DNA of 64,000 nt from Patescibacteria group bacterium. Lineage in GTDB: Bacteria; Patescibacteriota; Microgenomatia; UBA8517. Each line of letters begins with the position of its first letter. Within the stretch, counting starts at the first letter, position 1. A model generated the notes under the pieces. The model was not told where the DNA came from, did not search any database, and saw only the letters and a list, made by a program, of their open reading frames with translations. The position numbers and the translations under genes were made by a program. This document shows positions 1 through 9,660 of the stretch, piece by piece. The stretch spans positions 117,940 to 181,939 of the forward strand of contig JAOAEL010000001.1 in the NCBI GenBank assembly GCA_026416845.1. The letters run 5' to 3'.

Positions 1-214
1 AAACATCTTTATCCAATCTCTTAAAAAAATTTTCAATTTCACTTTGACTTGACACATCAAGTTTTTGATAAAAAACTTCTGATTTTTTCTCTTTTGGCTT
101 AGTTTTGTTGTAAGTGGCTATAATTTGCAGTCTTTCTTGCAAAAGCAAATCAATCAAAGCCAATCCTAAAGGACTAGTACCTCCAAAAATTACAACTTTT
201 TTATTTTTGCGCAT
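1..214 (-). CDS. Partial CDS (N-terminus only, continues past the window start): SDR/NAD(P)-binding Rossmann-fold oxidoreductase or epimerase
   Basis: Reverse-complement translation from the ATG at 212-214 gives MRKNKKVVIFGGTSPLGLALIDLL..., a glycine-rich dinucleotide-binding N-terminus (GGxSxxG). It is open to the window edge and overlaps the stop of the next gene by ~14 nt. It is not in the supplied ORF track. Confidence 0.4.
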   Translation of the reverse strand, partial: MRKNKKVVIFGGTSPLGLALIDLLLQERLQIIATYNKTKPKEKKSEVFYQKLDVSSQSEIENFFKRLDKDV

Positions 215-1331
215 AAATTTTTTCAATTAAACTTAAGCTTTTCTTTTTTGCATCTTCCCATGAATACCTGCGAGAAAACAACAAACAAAATTTAACCATC
301 TTTTCATAATTTTTGTCAGACACAAGTGACATAATATACTTCCAAAGATTCTTTCTATCTTTAATATCAACTAAAACTCCCGACTTGCCGTTAACAATCG
401 AATCGCTACAACCTGACACACTATACGCAACAACCGGAGTGCCAGCGGCGGCCGCTTCAATATTTACAAGTCCCCATCCCTCACGAACAGATGGGTTTAC
501 CATAACATGAGCGCGCGACAAAAGATCAAATTTCTTGTGATCGTTAACATACCCAAAATATGTTGTGTTTTTCCCTATATTCAAAACCTTGATTCGCTTT
601 TTTAAATTATCTTTCATTTCAGGCGAAGCCCTGCCAACAATCCAAAATTGCCAATTCGCATCTCTAATATTTATCTCACCAAAAGCTTCCAAAGCATCAA
701 ATATACCTTTATCATAACTTATTGCTCCCAAAAATATAGCCGTTTTTCTCTTTTCCTTAGGAGGAAGCTTTTTTGGAATTTCATCTAGGTTTAAACCATT
801 ATTTATCACAGTAATATTTTTAGAAGGAATGCCACAATTTATTAAATCTTTTCTTGTTGATTCAGAAACCGTCATAAAAGCAATATTTCGATAAAAAAAT
901 TTAAAAATAAAAGGTTCCAAGTAATACCCCAAGAAACCAACTATTTTGTTAAATGGCCATTTCCACTCATTGAGCCACCAAACATCGCGAGCAACTTCGT
1001 GTATAAAAGCAAGCTTTTTGACTTTTACATATAAAGGAGTGAAAAAGGGAATTCCATGAAATTGGTCCACAACTAGATCATAATTTTGATGATTGCCAAA
1101 TATATACCAGAAAAAAGCCGATAAATGCACACCGCCCACACAACTGCCTTTTCTTATTATTTGCACTTGATCTATGAACTCTTCGCGTTTAGCTTTATTA
1201 AAATAAGAGCTAAACCAAGTAACACTATGCCCTTTTGATATCCATCCTTTTGCATGTTCCAACGTAACTTTTTCCGCTCCACCAGCATTGGGATGTTTAG
1301 GATCACGCCAGTTAAGAATCAGTATGTTCAT
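201..1331 (-). CDS. Glycosyltransferase family 4 (GT-B fold, group 1)
   Basis: C-terminal EGWGLVNIEAAAAGTPVVAYSVSGCSDSIVNGKSGVLV is the classic GT4 E-X7-E / nucleotide-sugar-binding motif. Size 376 aa. Confidence 0.8.
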   Translation of the reverse strand: MNILILNWRDPKHPNAGGAEKVTLEHAKGWISKGHSVTWFSSYFNKAKREEFIDQVQIIRKGSCVGGVHLSAFFWYIFGNHQNYDLVVDQFHGIPFFTPLYVKVKKLAFIHEVARDVWWLNEWKWPFNKIVGFLGYYLEPFIFKFFYRNIAFMTVSESTRKDLINCGIPSKNITVINNGLNLDEIPKKLPPKEKRKTAIFLGAISYDKGIFDALEAFGEINIRDANWQFWIVGRASPEMKDNLKKRIKVLNIGKNTTYFGYVNDHKKFDLLSRAHVMVNPSVREGWGLVNIEAAAAGTPVVAYSVSGCSDSIVNGKSGVLVDIKDRKNLWKYIMSLVSDKNYEKMVKFCLLFSRRYSWEDAKKKSLSLIEKIYAQK

Positions 1332-1391
1332 ATATCTTTGGGAAAAATCTAAAAATTACCAATTTGCAACGAAAACTTGATAAAGAAATTG

Positions 1392-2189
1392 CTAAATTGA
1401 CAAATATCTGGGAGTAATCCAATTTTTTCTATTTGAATCATCATAATAACGAATTATTTTCAACCTGTAAAAAACGGCCAAAGTATCCCAAATCATTTTC
1501 AAAACTGTTCTCCAAAACCCTTTGCTAACTATAGTGGAAGTGCCAAACTCCATTTTAAGCTCAACTGGGCCTTCATAAATTTTTCTATAACCTAAAAAAT
1601 GCGAAACAGACAGCAACTCTATATCAAAGGCAAACTCTTTTACTAAAACTCTTGGCAAAACTCTTTTTAACACCTCTCGCTTAAAAAATTTCATTCCAAC
1701 TTGAGTATCTTTGACATCTAATCCAAACAAAACTCTGACAAACATTTGATAACCAAAAGAAAGTATTCTCCTTTGCCAAGGATAAACAACTTTGCTTGCC
1801 TGGTGTCTTTTTGAACCAATTAGAATGTCAGCGTCATACCACTCAAAATGCTCAAGCAAAAGCGGTAAACCATAAGGGTTAAGATCCTTGCCAGCATCTA
1901 TAAATCCGATTATGTCTCCTTTGGCATTTGCCATTCCATAACGCACCGCATGCCCTTTCCCTAAGTTTTTTTCATAACTTAAAACCTTAACAATTCCAGG
2001 AAATTTTTTTTCAAGTTTTTTGGCTTCTTGTTCCGTTTTGTCCAAAACTCCATCTACAACACAAATAATTTCATAATTGTATCTAATTCTGTCTAAAACA
2101 TTTTTAAGAATTAACAAATTTTCCTTGATTGTTTTCTCAGCTTTATAAGCTGGTACGACAATAGAAACAAATCTTCTGCTACTTTTCAT
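1392..2189 (-). CDS. Glycosyltransferase family 2 (GT-A); start taken at the internal Met (MKSSRRF...)
   Basis: SIVVPAYKAEKTIKENL...VVDGVLDKT...IDAGKDL matches the GT2 N-terminal fold with a DxD-like motif. The longer ORF-track start (2237) would overlap the upstream flippase gene by 47 nt; the ATG at 2187-2189 avoids this. Confidence 0.7.
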   Translation of the reverse strand: MKSSRRFVSIVVPAYKAEKTIKENLLILKNVLDRIRYNYEIICVVDGVLDKTEQEAKKLEKKFPGIVKVLSYEKNLGKGHAVRYGMANAKGDIIGFIDAGKDLNPYGLPLLLEHFEWYDADILIGSKRHQASKVVYPWQRRILSFGYQMFVRVLFGLDVKDTQVGMKFFKREVLKRVLPRVLVKEFAFDIELLSVSHFLGYRKIYEGPVELKMEFGTSTIVSKGFWRTVLKMIWDTLAVFYRLKIIRYYDDSNRKNWITPRYLSI

Positions 2190-2190
2190 T

Positions 2191-3477
2191 TTAGAGAAAT
2201 TTATATTTCTTAAGCAAAAAATACAAAACAAATCCAAACGTCATGACACACACACTTATAGTAGACATTACAACTATTTGCAAAATTGATTCATTATACA
2301 ATCGAATTAGAATGTACTGCACAAATGCGGCAATAAGGGGAATTACGACAACTTTTGTATCATCACGAGACAAAAAATAATTTAGCATTAAAGCGCCAAT
2401 TGTATAAACACTTATAAAAATTCCAAATAAATATAGTTGATTAGCCGCAATTAAATATTTATCTCCATATAAAATATTTATAACAAGCTTTGGAAAAAGA
2501 AAATAAATAAATGTAACACCCAAACAAACCAAAACTGTCATGGACATGCTTATCAAAAATATGTCGTTTGAATTTTTTCTCTCTGAATATTTTTTCGCAA
2601 TTAAAGGAAACATTACACTTGCAATTGGAGCAGTTCCAAAAAATATTATCTTTCCCAAAGTAGATAAAGCAGCATAAATTCCAGCGTCAAAAGAGCTCAA
2701 ATGATGTTTTGCCAATAAAACATCTGTTGATATCAATGAATTTACAGAAAAAGTAGAAAAAAGGGTAGGTATAGCATATTTAAAAATTGACAGCTTGTTT
2801 TTTAGTTTGATTTTAAATTTTAAAACTAAAATATTTCTCAAATAATACAACATTACCATTATCTCCAAAACCAACGCTATCAAAAATCCAACCAACGCTC
2901 CTGCCACCTCCCAACCTAAATAAACAGCAATCACGCCAAGTGCTAATCTTGTTATTATCTGGACATTTGTCGAAAGCACATTTGGCAAAAACATTAAAAG
3001 ACCTTGCAATATTGATTTCAAAGCCATTGATACTATAAATAAACCGACAATTGGAGCTACAACATACATAATGCTTTGATGAATATGAAAAAATTTGGAG
3101 GTAAAAGGAGCAAGTGCAACAAGCAAAACGGCAATTCCAACACCTATGAAAATGCTTGCAAGTGAAAACCAGCTAATCACAGCTTTTTGCGCTTGCGCTT
3201 TTGAGGATGAAATAAATTTGACAACAACAATAGAAAGAAAAGACAAAGAAGTTATAACAAGCGAGATAAAAGTTATTGTAGTTGCCAACTCTCCATATTG
3301 ATTAGGATCAAGCATTCTTCCTATTACAAAGTGATATATTGACGCAAAAAAATTAGCAACATTAGAACCAAAAACCATAATCGCGCTACCAGCAAACACC
3401 GGATGAGAAACCGCATCTTTGAAAGAAACAGGCTTGCCAAAAAAACTAAATTTGAAGCTTGAAATTTTCTGCCACAT
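2191..3477 (-). CDS. Wzx-like polysaccharide/oligosaccharide flippase (MOP superfamily)
   Basis: 428 aa, about 12 predicted hydrophobic helices, typical flippase length and composition. Embedded in the GT cluster. Confidence 0.6.
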   Translation of the reverse strand: MWQKISSFKFSFFGKPVSFKDAVSHPVFAGSAIMVFGSNVANFFASIYHFVIGRMLDPNQYGELATTITFISLVITSLSFLSIVVVKFISSSKAQAQKAVISWFSLASIFIGVGIAVLLVALAPFTSKFFHIHQSIMYVVAPIVGLFIVSMALKSILQGLLMFLPNVLSTNVQIITRLALGVIAVYLGWEVAGALVGFLIALVLEIMVMLYYLRNILVLKFKIKLKNKLSIFKYAIPTLFSTFSVNSLISTDVLLAKHHLSSFDAGIYAALSTLGKIIFFGTAPIASVMFPLIAKKYSERKNSNDIFLISMSMTVLVCLGVTFIYFLFPKLVINILYGDKYLIAANQLYLFGIFISVYTIGALMLNYFLSRDDTKVVVIPLIAAFVQYILIRLYNESILQIVVMSTISVCVMTFGFVLYFLLKKYKFL

Positions 3478-4614
3478 TTAAGATATCCAATAACCTCTTG
3501 TAAAAAGCATCACTGTAAGACCTAAAATTGCAAAAAACGAAATAAACATTACATAAACTATACTTTTATTAACTTTGGAAAAATAAGTTGAATAAACAAT
3601 AAAAACCGGAAACGCAGTCAGAACATACCTTGGCAAAGATGAAAAACTTCCCGAGAAAGTCGATAATACAAAAATTAATGCCGAATAAAAAGCGTAAACA
3701 AACTTTTTCTGGATAAATAAAAGAACAATGCCAAAAATAAAAAATATTGCGCTAAACAACTCCAGAAAAACAGTATAAACAAAAGGTAAATAATTTAAAT
3801 CCAAATTTGGTATTATCTTAAAAAAATATCTATAAAGAATCTGCGGGAATAAAATAAAAGTGCCGGCTCTTTGCTCGCCAAAAACTTCTCCCAAATTTTT
3901 GGCAAACAAAAACGGATCTCCAAAATATAAAAACAAATATGCCATATAAACAAACAATCCCAAAGGCGCGATAAACAAACCAAAAAGAAATCTAGCATTA
4001 AATCTTTGTTTTGATAAAAGAAATTCAACCAGCAAAACCGGTATTAATGCTATTCCAGTTATTCTTGTTGCTGTTGACAAGGCACAGAAAATTCCAGCTA
4101 GAAACCACCTTTTTTTCCTAATAAAATAAAATGCCCAAACGGAAAACAACAAAAAAAGAGATTCCGTATAAAAGCTTGCAAAATAAAAAGAGGTTGGAAA
4201 AAGCAAAATAAAAAACAAAAATAACAATTGGTTTACATTTCTGAAATCCAATTTAATTATTTTTATTATCCCATACAAAGCAAAAATCAAAGAAAAATAG
4301 GAAACAAAAAGTCCGATATAAGCCAAATTCTCAAATCTATCACCTGTTAAATTATTCAAAAAAGAAATAATGAAAGGATATAAAGGAAAGAAAAAATGCT
4401 TTAGATTTTGATAGCCATTAGAAGCAATTGACAGGTAATGTTCCCCATCAAAATTAAGCCAAGCATAAGGGTATGGGTTATTTAAGTAATTAGATATTCC
4501 TCCACCCAAAAAATCATACCGCAAAGCAAAAATAAAAATGCCAAAAAACAAAAACATGTTGATAGCAAATAACCACAAAAAAACAATAAAAAATATTTTC
4601 AGAAACATAATCAT
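3478..4614 (-). CDS. Multi-pass membrane protein, probable GT-C fold mannosyltransferase-like (PIG-V/Gpi18-like pattern)
   Basis: Highly hydrophobic 378 aa. WLNFDGEHYLSIASNGY resembles the conserved N-terminal loop of the GPI-mannosyltransferase-2-like family. Assignment is tentative. Confidence 0.4.
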   Translation of the reverse strand: MIMFLKIFFIVFLWLFAINMFLFFGIFIFALRYDFLGGGISNYLNNPYPYAWLNFDGEHYLSIASNGYQNLKHFFFPLYPFIISFLNNLTGDRFENLAYIGLFVSYFSLIFALYGIIKIIKLDFRNVNQLLFLFFILLFPTSFYFASFYTESLFLLFSVWAFYFIRKKRWFLAGIFCALSTATRITGIALIPVLLVEFLLSKQRFNARFLFGLFIAPLGLFVYMAYLFLYFGDPFLFAKNLGEVFGEQRAGTFILFPQILYRYFFKIIPNLDLNYLPFVYTVFLELFSAIFFIFGIVLLFIQKKFVYAFYSALIFVLSTFSGSFSSLPRYVLTAFPVFIVYSTYFSKVNKSIVYVMFISFFAILGLTVMLFTRGYWIS

Positions 4615-5744
4615 TTTTGGATCAAGTTGTACACTTTGAGAGTGTCAAGCGCTGTTTTCCCCCAAGAATATTTTTTGGATATTTTTAAGCCTTCTTTGAT
4701 CATATTTGAACGAAGCAATGAATTGCAAAGAACTTCAGAGAGCTTACTCACAAGATCATCCACGTCATGTGGATCAAAATAAACAGCTGACTTACCGGCA
4801 ACTTCCACAAGCGCTTGAGTTTTGGCGCAGACCACAGGAGTGCCAACCGACATAGCTTCTGCAACAGGCATTCCAAAACCTTCATAATAAGAAGGTTGAC
4901 AATAAACAGTCGCTAGATTGTATATGCAATTTAGCATTTTGTCCTCCACATATCCTAATCTATAAACATTTTTGCTTTTAGAAAATTCTTCAATAAGATT
5001 CTTCAAATGAGCAATCTCGGGATGGTAGGTATTAAAAACTCTACGCAAGTGATCTCTAAAACCTTTGATACTTCCATAAATCGCCTGCTTGTCAACTTCA
5101 GCCGCGGCTTTTCCGCATATAACAAGCGGCATATCAATTTTTTGGCAAGCTTTAACCAATGAAACTAAATTTTTGTTGTAATTAACATCGCCAACATATA
5201 AAACAAAACGCGCGGGCAAGTTTAATTTCTTTCTTATTTTAGGCAACTCTAATTTGGATATCTTTTTAATAAAAGATCTACAAGATAAATGGGTAACATG
5301 AACTTTTTGAGGATCAATATCTGTAAATCGTATAATATCCTTTTTCGTAGTTTCTGAATTTGCAATAATCGCTTTAGCTTTCTTTAGAATCTTTTTTTGA
5401 ATTTGCCAATTAATATTTCCTCTTATTCCTCCCGGATAATTCCTAGGGTATATCAAAGGAATCATATCATGAATAGTTACCACAGAATTTTCCGGAAGTC
5501 TAAAAGGCAGTGACCTTTCAAAAATACTAAACGCCGTAAAATGAACCACATCATAATCAGTGAAAATCAACCTCGAATTTCTTGAAAAATCAAAGGCATT
5601 GACATTTAAATTGTAAGCTTTCGATTGCAATTTTTTTAAGTTGTTTATCAGCTCTTTGGCATAAGTCCCAACACCTCTAACGCTATGTCCAGATAAAGTC
5701 GGTCCAGAATCAATTGCGACTCTCATAAGAAAAAAATCATTCAA
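4611..5744 (-). CDS. Glycosyltransferase family 4
   Basis: EGFGMPVAEAMSVGTPVVCAKTQALVEVAGKSAVYF is a GT4 signature. 4-nt overlap with its neighbours. Confidence 0.8.
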   Translation of the reverse strand: MNDFFLMRVAIDSGPTLSGHSVRGVGTYAKELINNLKKLQSKAYNLNVNAFDFSRNSRLIFTDYDVVHFTAFSIFERSLPFRLPENSVVTIHDMIPLIYPRNYPGGIRGNINWQIQKKILKKAKAIIANSETTKKDIIRFTDIDPQKVHVTHLSCRSFIKKISKLELPKIRKKLNLPARFVLYVGDVNYNKNLVSLVKACQKIDMPLVICGKAAAEVDKQAIYGSIKGFRDHLRRVFNTYHPEIAHLKNLIEEFSKSKNVYRLGYVEDKMLNCIYNLATVYCQPSYYEGFGMPVAEAMSVGTPVVCAKTQALVEVAGKSAVYFDPHDVDDLVSKLSEVLCNSLLRSNMIKEGLKISKKYSWGKTALDTLKVYNLIQK

Positions 5745-6652
5745 AATTTTTTCAACTCAAGATCCTTTTTCACTTCTGAATAATATTTAAAATACGCAAT
5801 GGGAAAATGCAAAGCTGAAAAGAAAGACCATATAAATCCTCTCATACCATCCCTAAACCCCAAATGTCTAAAATACAATTTCACAAAAAACAAAGTTGGC
5901 TTAACAAAAGAATAATATAACAAGTTCCACAAGCTGACACTAACATTTTGCGACTTAAATTTCATCGCAGTCAAATCTGTGTATCTGTTTGCGCGATACA
6001 AATACCTTTCAAAAGTTGGAGAATCATAATGCAAAAGGTCAAAATAACACCAACTTACCCTGCCATTTACCTTCATTTGTTCATGAACTGATTCTCCGGG
6101 CAAATAAGCCTTGCCTTTTTTAAACAATCTAATCACACCATCAGGATAGACACCAGCATAAGTAATAGGTTTACCTAAAAATATGTTTTTTCTTGGCAAA
6201 TAATAGGCAACAACCTCGCCATCAGAATCGCGTCTCCCGTCTCGTTTGTTAATATTTTCCTGATGTTGGTAAAACAAACGGTCTTTATATTTTTTCAACT
6301 TTGAATTAATGTGTTTTGCAATAAACTGATCATGTTTGCCATCCAAAATACTTTTAATCTCCCACGCCAACTCTTCAGAGACACACTCATCAGCGTCAAG
6401 TTGCAAAATCCAATCTCCACAAGCCTTTTTGTTTGCTTTTTCTTTGGTTATATGAAAGATAGGTTCATGATCAGTATCAAAAACTTTTGCGCCAAAAGAT
6501 TTTGCTATTTTAACTGTATCATCGTTGGAATGTTCATCGAAAATCACTATCTCATCAGCAATATCTTTGACAGAATTAAGGCATCTTGCAATATTTGCTT
6601 CCTCGTTTTTGGTAGCCAAAGTCACAGAGAGCTTAGTTTTTCTTTTTCCCAT
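5741..6652 (-). CDS. Glycosyltransferase family 2
   Basis: LSVTLATKNEEANIARCLNSVKDIADEIVIFDEHSNDDT ... LQLDADE (DxD-type) is a GT2-like N-terminus. Confidence 0.75.
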   Translation of the reverse strand: MGKRKTKLSVTLATKNEEANIARCLNSVKDIADEIVIFDEHSNDDTVKIAKSFGAKVFDTDHEPIFHITKEKANKKACGDWILQLDADECVSEELAWEIKSILDGKHDQFIAKHINSKLKKYKDRLFYQHQENINKRDGRRDSDGEVVAYYLPRKNIFLGKPITYAGVYPDGVIRLFKKGKAYLPGESVHEQMKVNGRVSWCYFDLLHYDSPTFERYLYRANRYTDLTAMKFKSQNVSVSLWNLLYYSFVKPTLFFVKLYFRHLGFRDGMRGFIWSFFSALHFPIAYFKYYSEVKKDLELKKF

Positions 6653-7928
6653 TTTTTAGTATGAGCCTTGCAACTTTTATACCTAATTCTATCGCATAAT
6701 TAGTGCCTCTGTCGTATGGATAAACCTGTTGCATATTGCACAAATAAACTCCGGCAATCGGAGTTTCAAACGAAGGAATAAATTTAGAATAATTAACAGA
6801 AACAATAGGCTGAGCAAATTTTGCTTTAAAAACATATGCCTTTTTTATCCAACTCTTTGAAAAACCTTGATTTATCTTTTTCAAATGCGGCAAAAATTCG
6901 GCTATTAATTCCTCGGCCGATTTATTAAAATAAACATGATCATCCGGTAAATAATTGCCTATATAAACAATATGTTCATTGCCATAATTTTTTTTGTCCA
7001 TAAAGTTGGTGTGTTGCACAATCGCCAGAAAAGGCATTGATAAATCGTTTATATTTAACCAATAAGTATTATCTTCCAAAAAAGACTTGTTTAGTCTTAA
7101 AACAAGATTAATAGCCCCCAAACTTCTTGACTTTGTGAATTTCTTTACATATGAACTTGGCAATCCTTCAACAATTTTAACAAAATAAGCATTTGGTAAA
7201 GTACAAACAACTTTATCAAACACATAAGATGAGCCGTCTGAAGTTTCTAAAATCAAGCCTCTTTCTCGTTTTTTTATTTGAATCACCTTACTTTTATAAT
7301 TAATTGAGACTTCATACTTTTGTGTCATATGTTTTTGCAAATTGTAAGCAAAATTCAAAAAGCCTCCTTCTGGATACCCTAAACTGGCGCTTCTTTTATG
7401 AATTCTCGCCCAAAACCAAGTAGCTGAAATCAATTTTGCATAGTTGCCAAATTTTCCAATAAAAAGTGGACCCCACAAAACATTCCAAGAATTAATTCCG
7501 GCAGTTTGCACAATAAAATCATATGCTGTTCTTCCTTCTAAATTCCTCCAGAATGGAGAAAGCTTAAGATAAGAAAGCATAAAGGCAGTCTTTACTCGGT
7601 CAAGCAAAGGTAATTGGTTAAACCGCATCAAAGTAAACGGCGAATCTATTTGATAAATTTTCCCATTGTAATAAGTCGAGGTTTTAGGCCTTATAAAAAA
7701 AACCCGATGCCCTATATCTTGAGCTAAATTAAGCGCAGCGTTATCAGACCTAAACCAATGATGATAATGATATTCAAGCGTCCAGTTCCAATTTTTCTCT
7801 TTAAAACCAAGTGCCAAACCACCCGGCTTGTCTTCTGCTTCAAATACAACCACTTCAACACCATTTTTAGCCAATTCGTAAGCGCAAGCCAACCCGCCAA
7901 AACCAGCACCAATGATCGCAACTTTCAT
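6633..7928 (-). CDS. FAD/NAD(P)-binding oxidoreductase (amine-oxidase / protoporphyrinogen-oxidase-like; UDP-galactopyranose-mutase-like not excluded)
   Basis: N-terminal MKVAIIGAGFGGLACAYELAKNGVEVVVFEAEDKPGG is a GxGxxG dinucleotide-binding motif followed by the acidic residue, with a C-terminal GVYLCN... flavoprotein-like tail. Confidence 0.65.
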   Translation of the reverse strand: MKVAIIGAGFGGLACAYELAKNGVEVVVFEAEDKPGGLALGFKEKNWNWTLEYHYHHWFRSDNAALNLAQDIGHRVFFIRPKTSTYYNGKIYQIDSPFTLMRFNQLPLLDRVKTAFMLSYLKLSPFWRNLEGRTAYDFIVQTAGINSWNVLWGPLFIGKFGNYAKLISATWFWARIHKRSASLGYPEGGFLNFAYNLQKHMTQKYEVSINYKSKVIQIKKRERGLILETSDGSSYVFDKVVCTLPNAYFVKIVEGLPSSYVKKFTKSRSLGAINLVLRLNKSFLEDNTYWLNINDLSMPFLAIVQHTNFMDKKNYGNEHIVYIGNYLPDDHVYFNKSAEELIAEFLPHLKKINQGFSKSWIKKAYVFKAKFAQPIVSVNYSKFIPSFETPIAGVYLCNMQQVYPYDRGTNYAIELGIKVARLILKNGKKKN

Positions 7929-7955
7929 TTTAGATTCAGGTAAAAAAATAACTGC

Positions 7956-9650
7956 CTAATTTGCCACAACTAAAAAATACAAAAAATTGTTTGAACCATA
8001 AATTCTTTTTATTATGTTAGCTTCGGAAGGAATTTCCTTAGGACTGCCAATGATAATACTATCAGGATATTCTAAAGCAGTTTTATAAAAATCAATTGGT
8101 TCAAAGATAAAACGATCAAAAGCAGAAACAGTGGAAAACCCAAAATTATCTCTTGGAGTAAGATCGTGATTATTTTGAAAAACATATGGATCATACTTTA
8201 AGTAAAACAAAAATAAAATATAAGGCTGGTCGTAAAAATTTGTAATAACTATTTTTTTGTCTTTGTGATTTTCTCTTAAATAATCAACCAGTTCTTTTAC
8301 CCCATATTGAGAAGAATAAGGATATTCATAAGACATATGTTTATAATACATGTGCAAATAACGAAACAGGCTCCAACACAAAACACAAATCAGAAGCAAA
8401 CAACCAAAACCAAAGTAAATTTTGTTCTTATTCTCATAAATCCAATTGACTATTGAATAAAATCCTATAGAACTAATTATCGTTAAAGGCACAACCATAT
8501 TTTGTGCTCTTAAAGCATGAGGGGATTGAAATGTAAGTGCGGCCGCAAAAGGAGAAACGACAAGCCAACATAAAATAATCCCTAGATTTTTGTTACGAGA
8601 AAGACTAAAGATTGATTTGGCGTTAACTATTTGCAAAAGACCAATAATAATAAACAAAAGCTCAAATCCATACAACAAACCAGTCTCGGGAACCTTGTTT
8701 CTTTGTATATCATCTCCTGACAAAAACAAAAACTCTCCATGAAAATGATCAACATAATTTTGCAGAAAAGCCAAAAAATAATTCACATACTTATTGTGAA
8801 AACTCATTGCCCAAAAACTATTTGGGTGAAAATGTTCTCCTCTTTGTTCGTTAACTCTTGCTATTGGACCCGGATCAGCAAAGATTCCAACACCAGAAGC
8901 TCTGGAAATTCCGGCAGGACCAAAAAAATCAATTATTAAAGGAATCAGCAAAAACACTGACAAAGCAAAAGGAAATATCAGTTTTTTCCAATAAAGCATT
9001 AATATTTTTCTAAAAAAAATTGCCAAACCAAAAACCAAAAGAGGGACTATCACCCTTGAGGCATGATAGGTGTACAAAGACAAAACAAAACAAATGAGAG
9101 AAAATAACAAAAATTTAAATCTAAACAAGTTTGCGTCATTAAATTCTTTCTTCATGTAAACCAAGAAGAAGTAAACACCAAGAATAATAAAAAAAGTGGC
9201 GACATTGACTTCCCAAGCGCCACGCGAAAAATGAATATGCCAAGGAGAAATAGCAAGCAAAAAAGCGGACAGTTCTGGAAGCGAAAACTGAAAATTCAAA
9301 ATTGAAAATTTTCTGCAATTGGGAAATGATACATGAATCAACCAATACAAAATTATCACCGTGCCAACACCCGCCAAAGCTCCCGGAATTCTTACCGCCC
9401 ATTCATTTAACCCAAACAACCAAACAAATGGAATTGCCAAATACACATAAAAACCTGGTTTATAATCATTAAATGATTGAAAATGAATAGGAAATGGATT
9501 TGCGTGTTCGTCTTTGCCAGTTTTAATTAAAGAATAAGCGTTATAGCCAAGAGCCGCTTCATCCGCGTTCAACGCCGGATATCCACCTAGATTCCAAAAA
9601 CGCAATGTAAAAGCTATAAAAATTATCAAAAAAAATAAACTTTTTTTCAT
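7956..9650 (-). CDS. GT-C membrane glycosyltransferase, PMT/ArnT (GT39/GT83-like) family
   Basis: N-terminal loop NADEAALGYNAYSLIKTGKDEHANPFP carries the DE motif of ArnT/PMT-type enzymes. About 12 TM helices plus a C-terminal soluble domain. Paralogous to the four similar genes below. Confidence 0.75.
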   Translation of the reverse strand: MKKSLFFLIIFIAFTLRFWNLGGYPALNADEAALGYNAYSLIKTGKDEHANPFPIHFQSFNDYKPGFYVYLAIPFVWLFGLNEWAVRIPGALAGVGTVIILYWLIHVSFPNCRKFSILNFQFSLPELSAFLLAISPWHIHFSRGAWEVNVATFFIILGVYFFLVYMKKEFNDANLFRFKFLLFSLICFVLSLYTYHASRVIVPLLVFGLAIFFRKILMLYWKKLIFPFALSVFLLIPLIIDFFGPAGISRASGVGIFADPGPIARVNEQRGEHFHPNSFWAMSFHNKYVNYFLAFLQNYVDHFHGEFLFLSGDDIQRNKVPETGLLYGFELLFIIIGLLQIVNAKSIFSLSRNKNLGIILCWLVVSPFAAALTFQSPHALRAQNMVVPLTIISSIGFYSIVNWIYENKNKIYFGFGCLLLICVLCWSLFRYLHMYYKHMSYEYPYSSQYGVKELVDYLRENHKDKKIVITNFYDQPYILFLFYLKYDPYVFQNNHDLTPRDNFGFSTVSAFDRFIFEPIDFYKTALEYPDSIIIGSPKEIPSEANIIKRIYGSNNFLYFLVVAN

Positions 9651-9660
9651 CTTCTTATGC

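Noticed and set aside
313-510. Many 60-125-aa ORFs on the opposite strand or nested inside the large genes (for example 313-510, 3095-3301, 8739-8939, 21849-22181, 22816-23190, 36649-37008, 62548-62928)
   Set aside because: They lie antisense or out of frame within well-supported long CDSs, have low-complexity AT-driven composition and carry no motifs. They are typical spurious ORFs of an AT-rich genome.
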